Shown here: positions 49,846 to 59,800 of the stretch, one piece after another
Layout of the letters: each line of letters opens with the position of its first letter
Numbering within the stretch: the stretch's first letter is position 1
Origin: Lysobacterales bacterium
GTDB taxonomy: Bacteria; Pseudomonadota; Gammaproteobacteria; Xanthomonadales; SZUA-5
Direction of reading: 5' to 3'
Length of the DNA stretch: 64,000 nt
NCBI GenBank assembly: GCA_022844165.1
Contig: JALHMH010000021.1
Location: forward strand, 16,646 to 80,645
Translations under genes and position numbers: made by a program
The notes under the pieces: model-generated
What the model was told of the DNA's origin: nothing
The model's database searches: none
What the model saw: only the letters and a program-made list of their open reading frames with translations

Positions 49846-51591
49846 CTAGGCCAACGCCGCCTCCACTCGCTCGCATTCGGCCTTGAGCTTGCCGGGCGCC
49901 CGAGCGCCGAAGCTTTCCAGATAACGCTTGATTTCGCCGAATTCGTTGCGCCAGCCAGCTTCGTCCACCGTGAGCAGCGATTCGAGCGCGGCACTGATGT
50001 CGTCGAGGCCGCGCAGGTCCAGATCCTTCGCTTTCGGCAGCAAGCCGATCGGCGTTTCCTGCGCGCCCACTTTGCCTGCGCAGCGCGCAAGTATCCACTG
50101 CAATACCCGCAGGTTGTCCGAGAACCCTGGCCACAGGAATTTACCGTCGGCGCCTTTGCGGAACCAATTGACGTGATAAATCCGCGGTGGTTGGGAGAGT
50201 TTGTCGCCTACCTTGAGCCAGTGAGTGAAATAATCGGCAAAGTTGTAGCCGCAGAACGGCTTCATTGCCATCGAGTCGCGACGCACCACGCCCACCGCCC
50301 CGGTTGCTGCGGCCGTGGTTTCCGAGGCCATGGACGCGCCCACCAGCACACCGTGCTGCCAATCGCGTGCCTCAAAAACCAGTGGTACCAGAGATTCACG
50401 GCGACCACCAAAAATCAACGCGGAGATCGGCACGCCGGCCGGTTCGTCGGCCTCTGGTGCGAAGCTCGGGCACTGCCGCATCGACACGGTGAAACGCGAA
50501 TTGGGATGCGCTGCCGGGCCATTTTTCGGATCGTAGTCGCGGCCCTGCCAGTCTTTGACTGGCACCGCATCGGACAATCCCTCCCACCAAGGCTGGTTGT
50601 CGGCCGTGACCGCCACATTGGTAAAAATGGCATCGCGATTGAGCATCTCGACGGCATTGCGATTGGTCTTGCTGCTGGTGCCGGGCGCAACGCCAAAGTA
50701 CCCAGACTCGGGGTTGATCGCCCACAAGCGCCCATCGTGCCCCGGGTGCAACCAGCAGATGTCATCGCCAACGGTCCAAACTCTCCAACCTGCGTGTGAC
50801 AGCGGCGGAATCAGCATCGCCAGGTTGGTCTTGCCGCATGCCGAAGGAAACGCCGCGGCCACATAGTGACGCTCGCCTTGTGGGTTCTCGATCCCGACGA
50901 TCAACATGTGTTCGGCGAGCCAGCCTTCCTGCCGCGCTTGCCAACTCGCGATGCGCAGCGCGTGGCATTTCTTGCCGAGCAGCGCGTTGCCGCCGTAACC
51001 CGAGCCGTAGCTCTTGATCATCAGCTCTTCCGGAAAATGCATGATGAAGCGGCGCTCCGGATCGAGCTCGCCGATCGAATGCAAGCCGCGCACAAAGCGC
51101 CCTTCCCTTTCGATGCGCGTCAAGGCAGCCGCACCCATACGCGTCATGATGCGCATATTGACGACGACGTACGGACTATCGGTGATTTCCACACCACAGC
51201 GTGCGAACGGCGAATCGATAGGACCCATGCAATAAGGCACTACGTACAAGGTGCGCCCGCGCATGGACCCAGCGAACAGCGCATCGATTTGCGCATGCGC
51301 CGATGCCGGTGCCATCCAATGATTGTTGGGACCCGCATCGTCCTGATTCTGGCTGCAGACATACGTCAGGTGTTCCACTCGAGCAACATCGTTCGGATGC
51401 GAACGATGCAGATAGCAGTTTGGATGGGTCTCCGGGTTAAGCGTCAATAGATCGCCGAGTTCGACCATTCGCGCAATCAGCGCATCTCTTTCGGCTTCTG
51501 ATCCATCGCACCAATGGATACGATCCGGTTTTGTCAGAGTGGCAACTTCGGCCACCCACGCGTTGAGTGAATCCAGCGACGAAGGCATCAT
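49846..51591 (-). CDS. pckG: Phosphoenolpyruvate carboxykinase (GTP)
   Basis: DVARVE, YGSGYGGNALLGKKCHALRIAS, WLAEHM, AFPSACGKTNLAM, VGDDI, AHPNSRF, VNWFR. Confidence 0.96.
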   Translation of the reverse strand: MMPSSLDSLNAWVAEVATLTKPDRIHWCDGSEAERDALIARMVELGDLLTLNPETHPNCYLHRSHPNDVARVEHLTYVCSQNQDDAGPNNHWMAPASAHAQIDALFAGSMRGRTLYVVPYCMGPIDSPFARCGVEITDSPYVVVNMRIMTRMGAAALTRIEREGRFVRGLHSIGELDPERRFIMHFPEELMIKSYGSGYGGNALLGKKCHALRIASWQARQEGWLAEHMLIVGIENPQGERHYVAAAFPSACGKTNLAMLIPPLSHAGWRVWTVGDDICWLHPGHDGRLWAINPESGYFGVAPGTSSKTNRNAVEMLNRDAIFTNVAVTADNQPWWEGLSDAVPVKDWQGRDYDPKNGPAAHPNSRFTVSMRQCPSFAPEADEPAGVPISALIFGGRRESLVPLVFEARDWQHGVLVGASMASETTAAATGAVGVVRRDSMAMKPFCGYNFADYFTHWLKVGDKLSQPPRIYHVNWFRKGADGKFLWPGFSDNLRVLQWILARCAGKVGAQETPIGLLPKAKDLDLRGLDDISAALESLLTVDEAGWRNEFGEIKRYLESFGARAPGKLKAECERVEAALA

Positions 51592-51806
51592 GTTTCCCTA
51601 CAATCAATAGCTTAGATATGTTTGGCGTGGCCAATGAAGCGAAACATAGCCGGGGATCGCGTTTCATGCAATCGAATGCACGTGCCGGTTTGCATGGAAC
51701 GATAGTGAGACCCCGCTTCGGCCACACGAGCCAGCCAGATTCATTGCCTCTGCACTGTGGGCGCCTCGGATTCGGACGCCGCCCATGACAACGCGGTACT
51801 GGCGCT

Positions 51807-53552
51807 CTACACCGGCAGCAGCGATTGTTGTTGCTCTTCGTGATAGACGGAGACTCGATCGCGGCCCGCGTCCTTTGCCATGTAGAGAGCAGCGTCCGCT
51901 TTGATCATCAGTTCGCGCAATTCGTACCCAGACTGATCCGTGCTGGCGATGCCAAAGCTGGCGGTGAGCGGACGCTGCGCGTCATTGGTCCCATACGGCA
52001 CCTTGCGCACAGACAATCGGCACAGTTCGGCGCGTTTCGCCGCATCGCTCTTGGAAACTCCCGGTAACAGAATGGCAAATTCTTCGCCGCCGATGCGACC
52101 GATCAACTCTCCTTCCGCTACATGTGCGCACAGTTCAGCGGCGGCTCTTTGCAAAACGTCGTCGCCTTCGGCGTGTCCGTAGCGATCGTTAATCAGCTTA
52201 AAGAAATCCAGATCGATCAAAATCAAGCTCGCGAAAGTCCCTCGGCGCTTCGCTTCCTCGAGTTTTTTCGTGACTTGTTCCACGAAGTGTCGGCGATTCG
52301 ATACCTTGGTCAGTGAATCGCGCTGCGATAGAAGCTGAAAATGGCGTCGAACCCGCATCGCTCGGATCGACCAATGCAAGCCAAACGCCAACAGGCTCGT
52401 CAGCAAAGCAACCGCAAGCCAGGCAGTTTGGGCATTTTTCGTCGACACCTGCTGCTGCAAAACCAGCACTTCGTTCTGCCGATTGAGCGACTCGATCTCC
52501 AATGACTTTGCGTTCGCTTCGAATCTGGCCATTTGATAGGCCAGAGAACGCCGACCAACATCGTCGGCATAACTCATCTCAGCACTCAACAGTTGCTCGT
52601 GCGCGAACAGGGCCGCATCGGTCCTGCCCAGCGATTTTTCGGCCTCATACCGGACTCTCCACGCCAGCGATCGCGATTCGGTGGAAAGTTCAGGGGATGC
52701 TGCATCTATCGCGCGTTGCGCCTCATCGATTGCCGCTTCGAACTTGCCTTGCATGAGGAATGCACGGGCCTTTATGGCAGCAATATCGATGAGCAGGTAG
52801 GGATACCGCGTTGCAGCCATTGACTCGGCGCGTGTTGCCAATAAGCTCAGCGCCGCTTCGGGTCGCCCGTTCGACAGATGCAACCGAGCCAGCTGGGTTC
52901 GCATCAGGCCACTGAAAACCTCCTCGCCTTGGTTTGAGCAACGTTCTGCCCATTGCGAATACTCGGGATCAACATCGTTCAATTCGCCGGCGCGTACTCG
53001 AGCTTCCAGTATCAGCATTTGAGCGCCGCAGCGCGCCCAGGGCTGGGCACCTTCGCGAATCAGCCGTTGACTGTATTGCAAGCTCTGTTGGTACTGCGCA
53101 CTGTGGTTCAGCAATTGCGCAATGACCCCGAGCGCCTGATCGCGTGCGGCAGGATCACTCACGTGTTCCACATCGCCAATCAGTTCATTCAGCTGCTCAT
53201 ACGCCTCAACATAGCGACGTGCCACAGTCAGAGCATTCAACATCGTGACCCGACTGCGAAACCGAATGACTGGGTCTTCGGCGTCGGCAATGAGCCGCTC
53301 AAACTCATTGATGGCCGAGACGAAGTCGCCGCTGAACGAATCGCGCCACGCGAGCAGATAGGCCAGGTGGTCGCGTTGCCGGTCCGTCAGGCGCGACTCA
53401 TCGGCCATGATGAGACTGAGTTCGCGATTGAACTCAGTCATGGACGTGCGTTTGACGTCCTCTGCCCGAGCCAGGCTTTCGTCAACGCTCGCTCCCGCGG
53501 CAAATGCCGCGAAAGCGCATGCGCCTACGAGAAATTGAAAGCAACCTCGCAT
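51807..53552 (-). CDS. Diguanylate cyclase with periplasmic TPR-like sensor domain
   Basis: Signal peptide MRGCFQFLVGACAFAAFAAGA; ~350-aa helical repeat region, coiled coil (EIESLNRQNEVL), one TM helix; DSLTKVSNRR, DLDFFKLINDRYGH, RIGGEEF, ADAALYMAK. ATG 53552 overlaps the upstream TGA. Confidence 0.9.
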   Translation of the reverse strand: MRGCFQFLVGACAFAAFAAGASVDESLARAEDVKRTSMTEFNRELSLIMADESRLTDRQRDHLAYLLAWRDSFSGDFVSAINEFERLIADAEDPVIRFRSRVTMLNALTVARRYVEAYEQLNELIGDVEHVSDPAARDQALGVIAQLLNHSAQYQQSLQYSQRLIREGAQPWARCGAQMLILEARVRAGELNDVDPEYSQWAERCSNQGEEVFSGLMRTQLARLHLSNGRPEAALSLLATRAESMAATRYPYLLIDIAAIKARAFLMQGKFEAAIDEAQRAIDAASPELSTESRSLAWRVRYEAEKSLGRTDAALFAHEQLLSAEMSYADDVGRRSLAYQMARFEANAKSLEIESLNRQNEVLVLQQQVSTKNAQTAWLAVALLTSLLAFGLHWSIRAMRVRRHFQLLSQRDSLTKVSNRRHFVEQVTKKLEEAKRRGTFASLILIDLDFFKLINDRYGHAEGDDVLQRAAAELCAHVAEGELIGRIGGEEFAILLPGVSKSDAAKRAELCRLSVRKVPYGTNDAQRPLTASFGIASTDQSGYELRELMIKADAALYMAKDAGRDRVSVYHEEQQQSLLPV

Positions 53553-53794
53553 CAAGCCGCCCGCTGCTGTGGCGCCTCTTTCTCGTCGTCCTTGTCGTCC
53601 TGTTGCTGATCATCATCCTGGCGGTCCGGATCAACGGGAAAAATGGCGCAGACCAGATTGTGGCGTGCACCGAGCATCTCCGTGAGTGCACGTCGGTCGC
53701 GGCGTGCAATCGCCGCCAAGAGCGCATCGGACGGCTGGTTCGGGTGCGGCCGGCCGATCGCCAGCGATTCCAGATAGGCAATTTCTGTGTTCAT
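53552..53794 (-). CDS. Putative borosin-type RiPP precursor peptide (short binding-domain-like leader, hydrophobic core, acidic follower)
   Basis: 80 aa: IAYLESLA...ALLAAIARRDRRALTEMLG, then NLVCAIFPVD, then a D/E/Q-rich tail. AGGGGG RBS; start and stop overlap both neighbours. Confidence 0.72.
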   Translation of the reverse strand: MNTEIAYLESLAIGRPHPNQPSDALLAAIARRDRRALTEMLGARHNLVCAIFPVDPDRQDDDQQQDDKDDEKEAPQQRAA

Positions 53795-54279
53795 GGTGTA
53801 AACCCCCTAGGTGAAGTGGCGCCTAAGAATAATCGGAACGAGTTGGCAGTTGTTGAATTATTTACACAGTTCTCGACGAGACGGGGGCTTTGTGGGGCCT
53901 GGACAAACCCCAGCCGCTTGGCAAGTCGGCACATGGGCCGGTTTTCTTCAGCAATCCACATGGCCAGACGCTCCTGGCAAAGCAACGGTTGCCGAAGCCA
54001 CAGGCCCATAATCTGCGTCCCCATTCCGCGTCGCCACCAGGCTTTAGACAGTAAAATTCCCAGTTCCAGGTACGGCGCACGCTTGCGGGCACAAAGAAGT
54101 GCCAGAGGACTCCCATCCAGTTCTGCAAGCTCATGCGTTCCCGCGCGGACGGCAGCATTGCAGCAACGCATCGACTGCGTTCGGGTCAGTGGCGCGCATA
54201 CCCATCGAGTCACTTCCGGATCGCAGTACAGATCGGCATAGAAATCTGCGTCGTCAATGCCAAGTGGTCTGATTCTCAC
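53791..54279 (-). CDS. GNAT (RimJ/RimL-like) acetyltransferase, divergent
   Basis: IRPL-x3-DADFYADLYCDPEVTRWV, ELGILLSKAWWRRGMGT (acetyl-CoA motif A), N-x-x-MCRLAKRLGF. Confidence 0.72.
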   Translation of the reverse strand: MRIRPLGIDDADFYADLYCDPEVTRWVCAPLTRTQSMRCCNAAVRAGTHELAELDGSPLALLCARKRAPYLELGILLSKAWWRRGMGTQIMGLWLRQPLLCQERLAMWIAEENRPMCRLAKRLGFVQAPQSPRLVENCVNNSTTANSFRLFLGATSPRGFTP

Positions 54280-55055
54280 GCTTCTCTTGCATCCAACAAG
54301 TCCAATGCGCGGTACACATCGTTGTTTCGGCTAAGCGCCCTGCCGGGCGGGATCACCAGCGTATCGGCGAGCGAAATGTCTGCACCCGGCAGGTCGCAGA
54401 GCGAAACGGATATGCAGCTCGGACGTTCGATGGGCAACACTGCGGCCCGATACAAGATGCAACGATGATCGCGCGGATACATACGAGCCAATTCATCGAC
54501 CAATAACTTCCGATACGAAGGTCCGGTCGCCAGGCGGCTCAGGGATCGATCGCCGACCATGGCAACTTGCCACAGGATCAAATATGCGCTGGGATCAACC
54601 TGCCGACGGTAAAGCAAGAACTGGCTGGCTTCGTAATGCTGACACCCGACTTCGCCGGGGTCGAAACCAAGATCTGCGTATAGGCAATCTGCTGCCGAAA
54701 CACCCGGCTCCATGATCGCATCCAGCCCAACAGCGCGCGCACGACGAATCACCTCGTGCGCCACCCAGGCAAAAACGCCGGGGTGCCCATAAAACGCGGC
54801 GACCACTTCCTGCCCACCCTGGCCGGCGCGGACAACATCCTCCACCATGGCCTCATAGCCGATTTTGCGCGATCGCCCGGGTACGTAGTGCGGTTGCAAG
54901 CTGCGCGCGTTCGGATTGAGCTCGGCCAACCACAACTCCACGATGCCATCAGAGACGTTGCTGAAGACAACGTCTGCGTTTTCGATCAGGTAGCGCGCGC
55001 GGGGGGTTAAGTGCGCACCCAGCATCATGCCAATACCGACACAGTAAATGGCCAA
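54276..55055 (-). CDS. Split-borosin-type peptide backbone alpha-N-methyltransferase (tetrapyrrole methylase fold, SonM-like)
   Basis: CVGIG, SLQPHY-x3-RSRKIGYEAMV, FYGHPGVFA, MEPGVSAADCLYADLGFDPG, GCQHYEASQF, LILWQVA, TLVIPP. TTG 55055 with GGAG RBS. Confidence 0.88.
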   Translation of the reverse strand: MAIYCVGIGMMLGAHLTPRARYLIENADVVFSNVSDGIVELWLAELNPNARSLQPHYVPGRSRKIGYEAMVEDVVRAGQGGQEVVAAFYGHPGVFAWVAHEVIRRARAVGLDAIMEPGVSAADCLYADLGFDPGEVGCQHYEASQFLLYRRQVDPSAYLILWQVAMVGDRSLSRLATGPSYRKLLVDELARMYPRDHRCILYRAAVLPIERPSCISVSLCDLPGADISLADTLVIPPGRALSRNNDVYRALDLLDAREA

Positions 55056-55161
55056 GGGGGAATCTCCAGCTGAACCGATAGACAGATCATCACACAAGCC
55101 GTGCGCGCGAACTCGGTATGCTGGGCCGGCGCATGCGGCGCGGCGACTTGACGAGTACAGC

Positions 55162-56526
55162 TTGGGGACTGCGCCATACACCAAAATTCCGTTCGATCGG
55201 CTGGTCGCGTATTCGGCCTTGCAGCTGCCGCTGGCAATGGCGGCGTTGCCGGTCGTGCTCAACGTCACGCACTACTACGGCGAAATTCTAAAGTTGTCGC
55301 TGGCGATGATCGGTCCAATTCTCATTGTCTCGCGCATCATCGATGCAATCCAGGATCCGATCATCGGGCATGTGAGCGATCGTCTGACACGATTTAAGAG
55401 TGGTCGGCTGATTCTCGTCGGCGCAACGGTACCGTTGTTGATGGCTGGTTTCTTCATGCTGTTCGACCCACCAGCGATGTTTCACCCGGTGGGCGATGGC
55501 CCCAACCCGAATTCAACTCTGCTCAGTATCTGGCTGTTTGCAGCACTCGTACTTGTGCACCTGGGCTACGCTTGCGTATCGATCAGTTATCACGCCTACG
55601 GCGCTGAACTCTCAGACGATTACAACGAACGAACTCGCGTGACCGTCGGCCGCGAAGTGTTCGGCCTCACGGGCATGATGATTGCCGTCGTCTTGCCGAC
55701 CTGGCTCACCGCCCGATTCGGCGAAGCCGCCGGATACCAGTGGTTGGGTATCGTGTATTTGCCGATCGCATTGTTATCGGCGCTACCGACGCTGCTGTAT
55801 TCGCCACCTTCGGTGCACGGACCTGTTCAACAAAAGCCTGGCAGTTTGATGGCGTCTTTTTTTGCGCCGCTGAAAAATCCGCTTTATCGTCGATTGCTGC
55901 TGGTGTTCGTTGTGAATGGGTCCGCACTCGGCATCGCGGTGAGTGTGATGCTGTTTTACGTGGAACACGTGCTGGGCGGCGGCAAACTCCAGGCTGGCAT
56001 CATCCTCCTGGCCTATTTCGTTTCCGGCGCTGCCAGTGTGCCACTCTGGATGTTTTTGTCGCGCCGTTGGAGCAAAGCAGCCGCCTGGTTGTTCGGCATT
56101 CTGTTGACAGTTGTCGCTATGGCTATCGCGGCGTTCTTTGGCCGAGGCGACATCGGATTGTTCGTTGCGGTTTCGGTCATCACGGGACTCGGCCTTGGCG
56201 CCGATTACGGCTTGCCGCCATCGATACTCGCAGACGTGATCAATGCTGAAGAAGGGAAAGACTCTCGCGGCGCCACGGGCGCGTACTTTGGCATCTGGGC
56301 TTTGTCGACCAAGCTCGCAACCGCAATCGGCGCCGCGGCTTCGCTTCCGGTGCTCGCAGCGCTGGGCTTTAACCCAAGCGCCGGATCTTACGACACAACT
56401 GCGTTGATTATTGTCTACATCTTTTTACCCATCGCAGTAAAGCTCATCGCTGCTGTATTGCTGTGGCGGATCCAGATTGAAGCCGAGCGCCCGCCTGTGC
56501 GAGAGATCTGGGCAGCGCGTCACTGA
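55162..56526 (+). CDS. MFS transporter (GPH / MFS_2 family)
   Basis: SRIIDAIQDPIIGHVSDR, GAELSDDYNERT, SILADVI, GAYFGIW; about 12 TM helices. Start uncertain (TTG 55162 avoids overlap with the divergent methyltransferase). Confidence 0.85.
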   Translation: MGTAPYTKIPFDRLVAYSALQLPLAMAALPVVLNVTHYYGEILKLSLAMIGPILIVSRIIDAIQDPIIGHVSDRLTRFKSGRLILVGATVPLLMAGFFMLFDPPAMFHPVGDGPNPNSTLLSIWLFAALVLVHLGYACVSISYHAYGAELSDDYNERTRVTVGREVFGLTGMMIAVVLPTWLTARFGEAAGYQWLGIVYLPIALLSALPTLLYSPPSVHGPVQQKPGSLMASFFAPLKNPLYRRLLLVFVVNGSALGIAVSVMLFYVEHVLGGGKLQAGIILLAYFVSGAASVPLWMFLSRRWSKAAAWLFGILLTVVAMAIAAFFGRGDIGLFVAVSVITGLGLGADYGLPPSILADVINAEEGKDSRGATGAYFGIWALSTKLATAIGAAASLPVLAALGFNPSAGSYDTTALIIVYIFLPIAVKLIAAVLLWRIQIEAERPPVREIWAARH

Positions 56527-56807
56527 AATTGAGCTAGCGCAGCTTTGCATAGCGCGCCGTCACGGTCTGAGCGGCAGGTGTCGCGCATGGCCTCACAGGC
56601 GGCAATGCCCAGCGTCGAGCCAATACCCTTGACCGCATCTGCCATCGCATTCTCCAATGCGCTTTCGCGGTTCGGCTCGATACTCTCGTCCACCTTTCGT
56701 TCCACCGCATTCACGCATTTTCCATACGCGACTTCCACTGGATCGCGCATCAGCCACCAGGCGATCCCCGCCGCCAACAACAGCATCGTCGCTACCAGAA
56801 TCTTCAT
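56520..56807 (-). CDS. Small membrane-anchored Cys-containing hypothetical protein
   Basis: N-terminal hydrophobic anchor, four Cys, GAGGA RBS; fills the gap between two plus-strand genes. Confidence 0.6.
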   Translation of the reverse strand: MKILVATMLLLAAGIAWWLMRDPVEVAYGKCVNAVERKVDESIEPNRESALENAMADAVKGIGSTLGIAACEAMRDTCRSDRDGALCKAALAQFQ

Positions 56808-56898
56808 TGTCGTGATCCTCGCTGGAAAGACGGCAACAGCCTAATCCAGGCCATGTATCGAACGCCAGTTCTGCCGCTCACAATGGCATTATCGAGGG

Positions 56899-59800
56899 AT
56901 GTGTCCGAATCGAACGCGCCGTTATCTTCGACTTGCCATCCTGATTCTCGGCGGGGCGTTCGCTATGCCTGCTGTGGCGTTCGACGCTACTTTTCGGCAG
57001 CTGGGCGCAGATCGCGGACTGTACCAATCGACAATTTCGGCGCTGGTGCAGGATCGTACGGGGTTTCTCTGGATCGGCACACAATCCGGATTGCATCGAT
57101 ATGACGGGCAAGCGATCGAATTCCTGCGTTTGCGGCACGATGCCAATGCGCCCGAAGAGCCCTTTGTTACGGCGCTCGCCGCGGACCACTCGGACGGATT
57201 GTTCGTCGGCACTCCGACCACAGGTATCGGTCGCCTCGATCTGCGAACACTGCGCTTCGCGGCTTGTCCGCCGAGCGCTCACAGCGATCCCGACCGCGCC
57301 GATCAGATTATTCAATTGCGCATCGACCACAAAAACACGCTTTGGATCGTCAGCCATGCAGGCATCGAGATCCTCGAGCCTGATGCGAGCCGGCGACAGG
57401 TGGTTTACCGCGACGCGGAACCATCGACCGTACTCGGAGGCCGCACGATTCTAGGGATAGCCCCGCACGGCAATCGAATGCTGATGGCAACGAAAAGACA
57501 GTTGCTGCGCCTGTCGAAACAGGATGCGCCGGAAGTGCTTCTGGATGGCGATGTGGGCACGATGGAGTCGATCGCTACGCGCGTCGATGGTGGGATCTGG
57601 ATCAAGGCGTCGCGGGGCTTGTTTCGTTACGACAACGGCAAGGTCGAGTATGTGGCGTCCATCAATGCTCAACCCACCACCTCGGTTGTGGTTTCGAATC
57701 TTCTCGACGACGGCCTCGGCGCAGTCTGGTATGGCGTGAGTGGGCACGGTCTGGTGCGTGTCGACTGCACAACCGGAAGGTCGCATTGGTTTCACGGCGA
57801 GGATCGCGTTCCAGGCAAGCTGCCGGCCGACAACATTTCGGTACTCTTGCGCGACGCCAGTGGTTTGATCTGGACAGGCACTGAGTTCAGCGGGCTCTGG
57901 TCGGCACCAAGCGAGGGCAGCCGCTTTCGCACGATTCGAGACCAACCATCGACGGGCAGTCAGACCAGCACCAACAACGTGCGCGCACTGGCAGCGCTTG
58001 GAGAAAGCGTTTTTGTCGGCACCGAAGGACACGGCCTGAAGCAATTTCATTGGCCCACTCAGCAGTTCGAGGACGTGACTGCATGGCTGCTGACGGCGCT
58101 TGCTGAGGCGAACCTGGCGCCGCCGAAAGAAATACGCGTTCATGGATTACGCTCCGACCATGAGGACGTCCTTTGGGCAGCTACCAGTGAGGGTGCGTTC
58201 CGGATCGACGTGCCCGCGGCATCGGCAAAGCTGATTCCGATGCACGATGCGCTGCCAAAAGGTCCGCTGCAACGTTTCGTGCGCAGCACGCTGATCGTCG
58301 GAGACGAGGTTTGGTTCGGCACGCAGGCAAATGGAGTCATACGTTGCGACTCGAACTTCGAACGATGCCGCCAATACCGACATGAAACCAGCAGCTTGAG
58401 CAACGACCTGGTCTTGATGTTGGAGAAGGATCGCCAGGGTCGTATCTGGGCGGGAACACTCGATGGGTTGAACCTTTATGACGCTGCCAAAGATGACTGG
58501 CAATCGTTCGGCGTCGATGACGGGTTGCCGAGTTCTGTGGTTCGGCACATGTTGTCGGGCTCTGAAGGCAGGGTCTTTTTCAGCACCCACGGCGGAGTCG
58601 CGCGGCTCGACATCGTCGAAGGGCGCATTCGCTTCGACAGCGACTTCGCGATTAACCAATCCCCAGACCCGACGACTTATGCCATTGCTGAAGACACGAA
58701 TGGCATGTTCTGGCTATCCGGAAATCGAGGGTTGATTGCCTTCATGCCGGACTCCGGTCATTTTCACACGTTCGGCCCTGAAGACGGGCTTCAAGGGTTC
58801 GAGTTCAACGGCGGATCGGTGGCTGCTATCGATGGCAAACTGCTGTTTGGTGGGATTGGTGGAATCAACGCGTTCGATCCTGCACAGATCCGCGTATCGC
58901 AGTTTACAGCCCGGTTGGCGATCACCGCATGGTCGATCGATGGAGCCGCTGGAGCGCCACTCGCGCCTGGCGAGACACTACGTCTGGCGGCTCACCAGCG
59001 CCAGATCAACTTGTCATTCAGCGCTTTGGATTTCCGCGCCCCATCACGAAATCGCTACGCGCACCGACTACTCGGATTCGACGATGTCTGGGCTGAAGGC
59101 GTGGGTCGTGGCCAGGTGAGCCTGACCAATCTGGCACCGGGCAACTACACGCTACAACTTCGGGCCAGCAACAGCGATGGTGTCTGGAACGAAAAGCTCG
59201 TCGAGATACCCGTCAGCGTTGCTGCCCCTTGGTGGGGAACTCAACAAGCTCGGTTCGCTTACGCAATCCTCGTGGTGGTCAGCGCAGGATTGGCATGGCT
59301 GGTGTTTCGGCGCCGCCGTCAGCGGCGCCTGGCCTATGTTGACGCATTGCGGCTTCGCGAGGATCGCCTGAAGCTGAGCCTTTGGGGTTCGGGCGACGGT
59401 TTCTGGGATTGGGATCTGCGAACGAACACGATTCATCGCGAGGGCCTGGATCGCGTGCTTGGCATGCCACGCAGCGAAATGGAGATGGACCTGAGCGATT
59501 GGAAAACCGGGGAGGTGCATCCTGACGACCTGCCCAAGGTGAACGAACGCATTTTCCGGCACGTTCATGGCCAGGCTGAGCACTATGAATCGGAACACCG
59601 ATTGCGCGGCGCCGATGGCAACTGGATCTGGATTTTGGCGCGTGGCAAGGTTGTCGAACGCGATGCTGCTGGAAACGCGCAGCGCGTGTCGGGCACGGTC
59701 CGAAACATCGAAACTCAAAGACGCGCACAACATGAAGCACGCGTTGCCACGGAGGTGATCCGAACGATGGGCGAAGCGGTCGCGGTGCTCGACTCGGAAT

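Noticed and set aside
53575-53620. Low-complexity TCG/TCC/TCA triplet run as a tandem repeat
   Set aside because: It is the coding sequence of the precursor's acidic tail, not an independent repeat.
54276-55055. Reading the methyltransferase as a cobalamin/siroheme tetrapyrrole methylase because cobT-cobS are in the window
   Set aside because: It has YGHPGVF and DCLYADLGFDPG (borosin type) rather than the GDP-x-x-(F/Y)G motif, and it is coupled to a precursor-like ORF, not to cob genes.
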